64,000 nt of DNA from NCBI GenBank assembly GCA_030390025.1, contig JASTWF010000354.1, forward strand, positions 248,001 to 312,000, written 5' to 3'. Positions 23,696 through 33,804 of this stretch are shown in pieces. Position 1 is the stretch's first letter, and each line of letters starts with the position of its first letter. The position numbers and the translations under genes were made by a program. Source of the stretch: Squalus acanthias (taxonomy: Eukaryota). The notes below the pieces were generated by a model, which searched no databases, was not told the DNA's origin, and was given only the letters and a program-made list of their open reading frames with translations.

Positions 23696-24905
23696 CTAGA
23701 ACCAGCGCAGCCTGTCCACCTGTGTTCCCCGGGATATGATGGTAAGATGAGGGTGGAGAAAGTGCAGGGGGAGATGTTTGGTGGACACCGGAGCTGCCAG
23801 CACGGTGGTCCTTTCGGAAGACCTGACCAATTCACCCAGGTCTAACAAGGTCCCATTTAGCATAATGGGGTTCATAGGGAACGAGCAGGCTGGGGCAATG
23901 TCCAAACCTTTGGACATAGATTTAGGATCCCTCCATACCACGTGGGAGGGTAATCAAAAGGCCGACAAGTTGGCCAAGCAGGGGGCCAGGGAAGGAGAGT
24001 TCTGGGATCCCTATAAAGAAGGTCCGGTAGCCGCAATCCGGGACAAGGGAGGCACACAGGGGGTAGCTTTGCCCCCGGACTTAAAGCAGGTCCAAGCCCA
24101 GGATCCCGTCCTTAAGGCCGGCCTGGTAAAGAGAGAGAATGGGGAGTCCACAGAAGGTCCGTTCAGGGCAGCGGACGAGATTTTGAAACAGAGTCACTGG
24201 CAAGCAGCCAGTAACCTGGGGAGCCAGCACCAGAAAACTCGGCTGCTGTTAGAACCCCAGAGAACCCACGGGTGGGAGATTGACCAGTGCAAACTGTTTA
24301 AACCTAAAAGGGAACAGCCAGCAAAGGTGGACTGCCCCCAAGTTAGAAATCCGCAGCCAGCAGCAGCTGTGGCAGACGCACAAGCTGCAGCGGGAGGGAC
24401 AGTGTGTTGTTTCACAGGAGAGAACACTCCACCGATTATGTGGGACTCAAGCACACCCCCAGTGGCCAGAGTCCTAAGAAGGTCTCCCCGCACACCACAG
24501 CCAAGGCTACTGTGGCCACAGGTGTATCAGTTTACAGGGTCCCACCCAAAGAGGGCTGCAACCCGAAAAAGAGCGCCCAAGAGCAGGGAGCGTTCTAAAG
24601 TTGGGGATCCCCAGCCTACAGCCTCCAACAGTGAGGAACTCACAGGAGAGGTAGTACTGGGAGAAGAGAGAGAGAAGGGTCCCCCGCCTGCAGCCTCAGG
24701 CTGGGAGGAGCCCACAGATATGAACGAGGGCGCTGCAGCCACACCGCAGGGGGTAGTGTGCTGCAGCACAGGACGCAGCTGGGATGTTAAAATACCCCCA
24801 GCGGTTTTGAGGAAGGCCTTCTGGGTCTGGCGGTACAGGCCGCACTACACCCAGGTGTACAAGCCATCCAGAGGCCACATAAGGCAAAGGCTAAACAGGA
24901 TTTAA
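23696..24905 (+). pseudogene. pol: collapsed pol: partial aspartic protease, RNase H C-terminal helix, linker, integrase C-terminal remnant; RT and IN core deleted
   Basis: LVDTGA; GNQKADKLAKQGA (23949-23987); DLKQVQAQDPVL; no YxDD or DDE core. Confidence 0.8.
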
Positions 24906-25070
24906 CCTGGCCGTCCGGAGACGGGCGGCAAATGTACAGAATTTTAGTTTTTAAGTAATTGCAGTCTTTGGAAGTTATGGGTTTTTATTATTAGTTTAGT
25001 TTTTTTAGAGTTTAAGTTTAAGGGCTCGATTACTTACCCAGCCAGAGAACCCTTGGGGATATAGCTATAT

Positions 25071-25451
25071 GTTTTGTGTGTCCTCACAGAAAGGAATTTG
25101 GAATGACAAAAGTTCTGCTCGGTGACCAAGGTGATGTGGAGGACTCCCACGTGTAATAGAGAGGTGTCCTACCACCACCAAGGGACCGAGGGTGCTATAC
25201 CAGGGGGTACACTTTACAGCAGCTACAATAATACTAAACCTTACCGGAGTACATTACCTGAGTGGTGTCCCAAGGAGACAGAGCAGCTGCACCAGGCCTT
25301 GCTAAAAGAAATGTTAATCACAATTCCACCCTGGTGGGATGAGAAGGGACTTGGGAAGTGCATCAAAATAAAGGCTATGGCCAGGGATGGAACGAACCTT
25401 GATTTTGTTTTTCTAATAAAATTTTGTGTGTGTGTTGTGTCATTCTTATGA
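25071..25451 (+). pseudogene. possible remnant of a spliced 3' gene (env or accessory)
   Basis: pyrimidine-rich acceptor GTTTTGTGTGTCCTCACAG at 25071-25089 and a Cys/Trp-containing ORF 25122-25451 in the env position; no motif recognised. Confidence 0.3.
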
Positions 25452-25675
25452 TGTGTATGATGTGTTTTCCCAAGCAGTGCAGGGGTGTCGGACCCTCTCC
25501 ATGCTTGGATGTGAAATAAAGATTGACTTTCTTACCTGTATGTACCTGAAACACCACATTTAAAGGGGAATGTAGGTTTGGGCTTTTAGTTTAGGTAATT
25601 ATAGGGGAAGGTTGGTTTTCGGGGAGCAGAAATTTTGCTCACCTGGTCATGACACTGATTCAGGTTCAGTGTCAC

Positions 25676-25684
25676 AGGGGGGAG
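25676..25684 (+). promoter_or_regulatory. polypurine tract
   Basis: AGGGGGGAG immediately before the TGT of the 3' LTR. Confidence 0.85.
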
Positions 25685-27454
25685 TGTAGGCTTCGCAAAA
25701 TCCCCCAGAAACTCGAATGGAACCCTAAAGGGGGTGATTTTTGGATTTTTATACAAATTTGGAATGATGGGACCTAAATGAAGGAATTTGACGTCAAAAC
25801 CTTAGTTTTGGACATTTTTAAGGATCAGGGAAGAAAGTCCCTGAGGAAAATGACTTTTGGATGATAAGACACCCTTTTAAAAGGGCCACTAGGAAAACCT
25901 GCAGTCACAGAAACTCCATAGGCTGCAGGAAAGGGTGTGGTGAGGCAGTGGACAGCTTTCGGTTATTGGGGCCCAGTCAAACTGTCTGGGAGATGTTTGC
26001 ACCGCAATCCAACCAGGGAGGAAGAGCCTCACCCAAAACCTCACATACACATCCAAAAATGAATAATCCAAGACCCCTTTTGAAATCCCCAGGCCCAAAC
26101 AGGATGCTAGAAGCCTGAAAACAATAAAACATCCAGTACACCCATTACCCCATCAAAAACCAATCAGCCAAGTATCTACAGGGACAGATTAACAAGCCCG
26201 CCAAAAACCTCAGACAAAAGGGACGAGATTTGGCACGTAGATAAAGGCCCTGCCTAAATGGGAGACATTGGAAGCCATTAGGACAAATTAATGCCAAGTA
26301 AAAATCATCAAAACATAACGAGCCCGCCAAAACCTAAGACAATGGAATGAACAGGCCTCAAATGAAACCTAAATCACTTCAACACGAAAACGATTTAGTA
26401 AAGCGGTTTTGGCGCGAAAAATACAATGGGCCTGAACAGTGTAATTGAGGGCCTATTCCCCCAGCAAACACAGCAAGTCACTCACCACTACAGGAGCCAC
26501 ACGACACGAGCAGGAGGAGAGAAGCAGCAAGGCCACGAGGCAGACCCGGGGCAAGATCGGAGGCAGGGACAGACAAGGCCAGGCAAGGGCTAGAGCCGAG
26601 ACCACTGGGAGCGAGTCGGCACCGCTCATTACACGGTCCAGCACTAACAGCCACTAGCCAAGGTCACTGGAGGCTGGGAGCGAGTCGGCATCGCTCAACC
26701 CACGGTCCAGCCCCAGCAGGTACAGCCCCGATAGGCCTGCAACGCAACAAATGGACCACCAGAGCCACCAAGGGCTCCATGAGTTAGACCGCCACTCAAA
26801 AGTACCGTGGGGACCAAGGCCCCGCGCACCGACCAACCACGACCTAAACCAGCCAACCAGGGGAAACCCGAAGAAACGCCAACCCTACAACTACTCCTGG
26901 CTTACCCCTGGGTAAGACTTGCATGCAAAGACTCTAAACCTACAGCTAAAAGCAAAGAAATCGGGTACTTACCTGATAAATCCACAACCGCGCCTTACAG
27001 CATCTGCGGACAAACCCAAACTGACCTGGAGTGCAGCTGGAGTCTTCTACCACGTCCGGGGTACGGCAGGTCCCAACAATCAAAAACCTTAGTGAACCCC
27101 GAAATCGCGAAATACCTCAACTGTCAAGAATTGTCATTGGTGAGCATTATCCCTGATCCTTTGGAATTACACCTAGACAGTGGGATTGGGAGGGATAAGG
27201 GTTTTTGTATATTGTGATTCTCCCTCGCCTGTACCGTGTGTTCCCCAACCTGTGTTTAAGCATTTAAGTGTGTTTTAAGTTTGTTACCTTTTTCTTTTAA
27301 TAAAGTCAAAATTCTTTCATCGAAACCTGTTGTCTACTGCATCTTTGTTCACAACCACTAAATAAGTCCAAGGTCTTGAATCAGGGGCGTGGGAGTGATT
27401 CGAACTGCTCACCGAGTCAGAGGTGAGGCTGACCCTACCACACCACCCACTACA
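25685..27454 (+). repeat. 3' LTR (1770 bp)
   Basis: TGTAGGCTTCGCAAAATCCCCC...CCACCCACTACA; AATAAA 27299-27304. Confidence 0.95.
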
Positions 27455-28461
27455 GTGTACAATGCTGTCCTCCAGGGTTCTGTACTAGGACCACCTCTTT
27501 TTTTGATAAACATTAATGACTTTGACTTTTAGTACAGAGCACAATTTCCAAATTTGCAGATGACACGAAACCTGGAAGTCAACAGTGAGAAGAATAGTGA
27601 TCGACTTCAAGAGGACAGAGACAGGCTGGTGGAATGGGTGGACACCTGGCAGATGAAATTCAGCACAGAAAAGGTGAGGCAATACATTTTGGTAGGAAGA
27701 ATGAGGAGAAACAATACACACTAAATGGTACAATTTTAAAAGGGGTACAAGAAGAGAGAGTCCTGGGGGAGTTTGTGCACAGATGCAGGTGAAGGTGACA
27801 GGACAGGTTAACAAAGCAGTTAATAAAGCCGATGGGATCCTGGGCTTTATAAATAGAGGCACAGAGTCCAACAGCCCAGAAACTGTGCTCAACCTGCAGA
27901 AAACACTAGTCCGTCCCCAGCTGGAGGATTGGGGCCAATTCTGGGCACCGCACTATAGGAAGGACGGGAAGACTTTGGAGAGGGTGCAGAAGAGATTTAC
28001 GAGAATGGTTCCAGCGATGAGGGAATACAGTTACTCGGATAGACTGGAGAAGCTGGGATTATTCTCCTTAGAGCAGAGAAGGTTGAGAGGAGATTTAATA
28101 AAATCCTGAAGGGTTGAGATAGAATAAATAAAGAGAAACTGTTTCCAATGGGTGAAGGGTCGATAACCAGAGGCCACAGATTTAAGGTGATTGGCAAAAG
28201 ACCCAGAGGCGACATGAGGAAAAACTCTTTACACAACGAGTGGTCAGGATCTGGAATGCGCTGCCTGATAGGGTGCTGGATACAGATTCAATAGTAGCTT
28301 CAAAAGGGAATTGGATAAATACTTGAAGGAGAACAAATTGCAGGGATCTGGGGAAAGAGCGGGGGAGTGTGGACTAACTGGATTGCTCTTCGAAAGAGCC
28401 AGCGCAGACTCGATGGGCCGAATGGCCTCCTTCTGTGCTGTACTATTCTATGATTCTATGA
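27455..28461 (+). mobile_element. CR1 LINE 3' part (host of the LTR insertion)
   Basis: [27 protein letters not shown]1 tail ...TATTCTATGATTCTATG. Confidence 0.92.
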
Positions 28462-29686
28462 ACCAAAGGATAATCTTTCGTCGCTGGGACCAGCATGGTT
28501 CTGTTCTCCAATCAGACGCATTTGATTCCCTTGGGAGGGGTCACAGAACAGAAACCGTTCAGTGAAAGGTGAAGAGACTCAATGGAGTCGCCCGCTGGTG
28601 GAAATAGAGTCTCTTTTAGATTTAATAAAAAAAAACAATTGGAGGCAATTGGACTTTGAGAAAATGCTGAGCTCGGGCTCACACACACTGTGATAACTAA
28701 TAGCAGGGAGGGCCGCAGAGAGAGACATTGGGCATTGGATATGGGCAGGGACTTTCAGACAAGGACACCCCAGATATCACGGGGAAATGCGATGGGGGAG
28801 ATCCTACAATCTTCAGCCTTGTAAATCCCAAGTGTAGAATCACCTCCTTCCTGAATTATCTCCTCTCTTTTCAAACTGACTCCTGTCGGACACCGTGGGC
28901 CTCCGATTCTCAACAACAGATCATTCCAAATATCACAGCTCTGTGATGACACAGGGCAGCTCAGCAACACCTCACACCACACAGAGAGAAAGCTTTGTCC
29001 CGAGCCTTTCATTTCAAAAAAGTAAAATAATGCCAGTGGTGCCATCAGTCTAGAATCACAGAATGATACAGCACAGAAGGAGGCCATTCGGCCCACCGTG
29101 CCTGTGCTGGCTCTGTGAGAGAGCTGTCCAATTAGTCCCACTGCCCTGTCGGAGTGGCTGCCTTTCAGCTACTAGTCGGAGAGATGATTAACGGAGGGAA
29201 TGAGCTCATTTCTCCACCACTGGTTAGAGTAAAGGTCACAGGTGACAGTGTCAATCTAATCACTGGGTCCTTCTATAAATAATCCACAGAATTCACCTCC
29301 ACAAACATCAGTGTCCCACTTGAAACAGACTCAAAAAGGAAAAGAGAGATATTCCCAGCATCCCCTCCATCGCTTCACCATTCCACATCGGAGTGGGTTT
29401 TACAAACAGAATTTATCTCTTTCTTACATTTTCAATGAGCTGCCCTGTTTTAGCTTTGAAATTCTGGAGAGAGAGAAATCTCGGGATGAATCCTGGCTTC
29501 AGATCGAGGAGAACTGCTCATTGCCTCGAAAAATTCCTCTGTCGGAGTCTCAGAAACACCGGGAATAATTCAAATGGAAACAGGATTTTAGCGAAGCTGC
29601 CGCCCACATCGATGGGGATTTATTAGTGAGCTGGTGAGTGGGAGCGGGACTTAACCTGCACTGAGCTGGTGGAGTCAATGAAAGGC

Positions 29687-30353
29687 TGGTACAGGGGCTG
29701 CTAGTTACTGGTGCCGGGGCTGCTAGTTACTGGCGCCGGGGCTGCTAGTTACTGGCGCCGGGGCTGCTAGTTACTGGTATAGGGGTTGCTAGTTACTGGC
29801 GCAGGGGCTGCTAGTTACTGGTGCAGGGGCTGCTAGTTACTGGTGAAGTGTTGCTAGTTACTGGTGCAGGAGCTGCTAGTTACTGGTGCAGGGGCTGCTA
29901 GTTACTGGTGCAGGGGCTGCTAGTTACTGGTGCAGGGGCTGCTAGTTACTGGTGCAGGAGCTGCTAGTTACTGGTGCAGGGGCTGCTAGTTACTGGTCAG
30001 GGGCTGCTAGTTGCTGCTAGTTACTGGTGAAGTGTTGCTAGTTACTGGTGCAGGAGCTGCTAGTTACTGGTGCAGGGGCTGCTAGTTACTGGTGCAGGGG
30101 CTGCTAGTTACTGGTGCAGGGGCTGCTAGTTACTGGTGCAGGAGCTGCTAGTTACTGGTGCAGGGGCTGCTAGTTACTGGTGCAGGGGCTGCTAGTTAAT
30201 GGTGCAGGGGTTACTAGTTACCGGTGCGGGGGCTGCTAGTTACTGGTGTAAGGGTTACTATTTACTGGTCCAGGGGCTGCTCATTACTGGTGCAGTGCTG
30301 CTAGTTACTGGTGCAGGGGCTGCTAGTTACTGGTGCAGGGGCTGCTAGTTACT
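29687..30353. repeat. 22-bp minisatellite, ~30 copies
   Basis: unit GCTGCTAGTTACTGGTGCAGGG. Confidence 0.95.
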
Positions 30354-30354
30354 G

Positions 30355-30740
30355 AGAGAGCGCTGCACTCTCGGAGGGACAGTACGGTGGGAGTGCTGCA
30401 CTGTCAGAGGTGCCATCTTTTGGATGAGACATTAAACCAAGCCACCATCGGCCCTCTCAGGTGGATGTAAAAGATCCCACGGACACTATTCAAAGAAAAG
30501 CAGGGGAGTTCTCCGCCGTGTCCTGGGGCCAATATTTCTCCCACAAACAACATCAGCAAAACAGATTATCCGGTCATTTATCGCATTGCAGTTTGTGGGA
30601 TCTTGCTGTGCACAAATTGGCTGCCACATTTCCTACATGACAGCAGTGACCACACTTCCAAAGCACTTCCAAAATGGCTGTAAAGCGCTTTGGGATGTCC
30701 TGAGGTGGTGAAAGGCGCTATAGAAATGCAAGTTTTTTCT
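30355..30740 (+). mobile_element. Deu-domain SINE (SacSINE1-like), head missing
   Basis: GCACTGTCAGAGGTGCCATCTTTTGGATGAGACATTAAACC...TAAAAGATCCC...GAAAGGCGCTATAGAAATGCAAG. Confidence 0.82.
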
Positions 30741-31460
30741 TTCTAACAACCCTGGAATTAAACTCCTGAACCCACATAAAGTCCTGTGATCCTCACAACA
30801 CAGCTCCCCTAATCCTGGGCTCAATCCCAGTCATTTCAATAGATTCTGACACTGGTGGCTCATTAGCTCCATTATAGAATCACAGCACAGAAGGAGGCCA
30901 TTCGGCCCATCGTGCCTGCTCCGGTGCTAGCTCTTCCACTGGGCTCCCTGCTCGAACTCCTATTTCCCGCTCTGTCCCCACATCCTGTTCTATTTTCCCT
31001 TCTCATCAGAGCCTGAGAGCTGGAGAATCTCTCAACAGTTAACAGTCTTTGCCTCACTTTCTCTCTCAGCTCTTCTCCCCTGACAAGGTTCCTGAAAGAA
31101 CAGAGGCAGAGCTTTAGGGGAAGAATATAGCTGGAATTGGCCTGTGCTGGAGTGCGAGAGCTCACAGTATGGACGGCAGTCATTGAGAGCTCGGTTACTC
31201 AACCTTCCTGGAATAATGATGTGGAGATGCCGGCGTTGGACTGGGGTGGACAAAAATGAGAAGTCGCACAACACCAGGTTATAGTCGATGACGACGAACA
31301 CCTTGCTAAGGCCATCCCCACGCCTCCACTACTCGCCTTCAAGCAGCCGCCTAACCTCAAAAGTACCATCGTTCGCAGCAGATTACCCATCTTTCAGGAG
31401 AACAGCAACCAAGACACCACACAACCCTGCCACGGCAACCTCTGAAAGACATGCCAAATC

Positions 31461-31850
31461 ATGGACACAGATACCATCATTACACGTGAGGACACTACCC
31501 ACCAGGTACACGGTACATACTCATGTGACTCGGCCAACGTTGTCTACCTGATACGTTGCAGTAAAGGATGCTCCAGAGCATGGTACATCGGCGAGACCAT
31601 GCAGACACTGAGACAACGTATGAACGGACACCGCGCAACAATCGCCAGGCAGGAGGGTTGCCTCCCAGTCGGGGAACACTTCAGCAGCCAGGGGCATTCA
31701 GCCTCGGATCTGCGGGTAAGCGTTCTCCAAGGCGGCCTTCGAGATACACGACAGCACAAAATCATAGAGCAGAAACTGATAGCCAAGTTCCGCACTCATG
31801 AGGATGGCCTCAATCGCGATATCGGGTTCATGTCACGATACAGAACGTGA
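31461..31850 (+). CDS. GIY-YIG endonuclease domain (C-terminus of PLE polyprotein)
   Basis: CDSANVVYLIRCSKGC..WYIGET..LRQRMNGHR..PVGEHF..EQKLI..GLNRD. Confidence 0.9.
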   Translation: MDTDTIITREDTTHQVHGTYSCDSANVVYLIRCSKGCSRAWYIGETMQTLRQRMNGHRATIARQEGCLPVGEHFSSQGHSASDLRVSVLQGGLRDTRQHKIIEQKLIAKFRTHEDGLNRDIGFMSRYRT

Positions 31851-31876
31851 CTTGACATCATGGCCGGTCTTCCCAG

Positions 31877-31915
<39 letters not shown>

Positions 31916-32090
31916 CTAACACAAGAACACAAATTGACAGGATATGCAGCCAGCAGGTGGTTTGACACGTTGGACCCCCTGGGACACATCTCATTGTCTT
32001 GGCTGTGCTCTTTGTTGTAGCGAATAATGTGAATAGATTTTGTCTGGGTTTAAATTGTGAATTCTGGGAGATTCTCTCATTGCTAACTTA

Positions 32091-32123
32091 CCTGACGAAG
32101 GAGCGACAGCTCCGAAAGCTTGT
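32091..32123 (+). ncRNA. minimal hammerhead ribozyme core in PLE pseudo-LTR
   Basis: CTGACGA-A-GGAGC-GACA-GCTCC-GAAA-GCTTG (CUGANGA / stem II / GAAA). Confidence 0.8.
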
Positions 32124-32512
32124 AAAATTAAATAAATCTGTTGGACTATAACCTGGTGTTGTGCGACTTCTCATTCCTGGAATAAGACAATCGCCTCCTC
32201 CCACATTCCAGGCACTCTCAGCACTTTCCAAACTCATTCTTTAAAGCCTCCTCCTTCACTCTCCCTCCGATCGCCCTCCACTTCTCTTTCATTCACATCT
32301 TCTTATTGCCTCGGAGAAACCCACCAGCTCCTTGTCCTCACTGACTAAGGAGACACTTGTGAATGAAATGGATCGTTAGCCATTTTCTCTGAGGAACACT
32401 TGACATTTCTGAGACTCGTTCAGTTAATTGATCTCGACTTCAAGTTCTGCTCGTGTCTCTCCCTCACGGAGTCTCCAGGTGTCACAAGTCAACCGTAGTT
32501 TATGTTTCTTCG

Positions 32513-32835
32513 CAGAATCTCACAGCACAGAAGGAGGCCATTCGGCCCATCGTGCCTGTGCCGGCTCTTTGAAAGAGCTCTCCAATTAGTCCCACTCCCT
32601 GCTCTTTCCCCACAGCCCTGTGAATTCTTTCCTTTTCAAGTATTGGCAAAAGAGCCAGAGGGAGATGAGGAGAATGTTTTTACAGTGAGTTGTTGTGATC
32701 TGGAATGCGCTGCCTGAAAGGGCGGTGGAAGCAGATTCAATAATAACTTTCAAAAGGGAATTGGATAAATACTTCAAGGGGAAAAATTGGCGGTCTATGG
32801 GGAAAGAGCAGGGGGAGTGGGACTAATTGGAGAGC
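32513..32835. mobile_element. two CR1 3' fragments in opposite orientation
   Basis: 32513-32644 minus tail; 32645-32835 plus fragment; overlapping homology gives an inverted repeat. Confidence 0.75.
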
Positions 32836-33646
32836 TACACCCCTCCCCATCTCTGTAACCCCCTCCCGCCCTACACCCCTCCCCATCTCTGTAACCCCCT
32901 CCCGCCCTACACCCCTCCCCATCTCTGTAACCCCCTCCCGCCCTACACCCCTCCCCATCTCTGTAACCCCCTCCCGCCCTACACCCCTCCCCATAACCCT
33001 CTCCCACCCTACACCCCTCCCCATCCCTGTAACCCTCTCCCACCCTACACCCCTCCCCATCTGTATAACCCCTCCCAACATACACCCCTCCCCATCTCTG
33101 TAACCCCCTCCCACCCTACACCCCTCCCCATCCCTGTAACCCCTCCCAACATACACCCCTCCCCATCTCTATAACCCCCTCCCACCCTACACCCCTCCCT
33201 ATCTCTGTAACCCCCTCCCGCCCTACACCCCTCCCCATCCCTGTAACCCCCTCCCACCCTACACCCCTCACTATCTCTGTAACCCCTCCCACCCTACACC
33301 CCTCCCTATCTCTGTAACCCCTCCCACCCTACACCCCTCCCTATCACTGTAACCCCCTCCCACCCTACACCCCTCCCTATCACTGTAACCCCCTCCCACC
33401 CTACACCCCTCCCACCCTACACCCCTCCCTATCCCTGTAACCCCCTCCCACCCTACACCCCTCCCTATCTCTGTAACCCCTCCCACCCTACACCCCTCCC
33501 TATCTCTGTAACCCCCTCCCACCCTACACCCCTCCCTATCACTGTAACCCCCTCCAGCCCTACACCCCTCCCTATCTCTGTAACCCCTCCCCCCCTACAC
33601 CCCTCCCTATCTCTGTAACCTCCTCCTGTCCTACACCCCTCCCTAT
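32836..33646. repeat. 36-bp C-rich L2-derived minisatellite
   Basis: unit CCCTACACCCCTCCCYATCTCTGTAACCCCCTCCCR. Confidence 0.92.
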
Positions 33647-33804
33647 ATTCCCCATATGTTTTTTTTTGGCCCGTGCAGCCCCTATAAAGGGCCGCGCAGC
33701 CTATTCGGAAGTCCGTGCATGTGGTGTTTTTTCCAATTTAAAAGCCAGCAGACCGGCTGCGTGGGACCCCTGGAGCGCGGGACGGCCGTGCAGCGGAGCA
33801 GCCG

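Larger units (their letters stand above)
20818..27454 (+). mobile_element. LTR retroelement / endogenous retrovirus, non-autonomous, lokiretrovirus-like
   Basis: TGT...ACA LTRs, 4-bp TSD GTGT (20814-20817, 27455-27458), primer binding site, polypurine tract, gag with CCHC, protease and RNase H remnants; family assignment less certain than the element itself. Confidence 0.93.
31217..32173 (+). mobile_element. 5'-truncated Penelope-like element (Neptune-type) with inverted terminal tail
   Basis: GIY-YIG endonuclease remnant; 31217-31286 is an inverted copy of the 3' pseudo-LTR end; 12-bp TSD TTCCTGGAATAA (31205-31216, 32174-32185). Confidence 0.92.

Noticed and set aside
28755..28945. Possible terminal coding exon on minus strand (SCDIWNDLLLRIGG...)
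   Set aside because: Acceptor-like site exists but no recognisable protein similarity or linked exons
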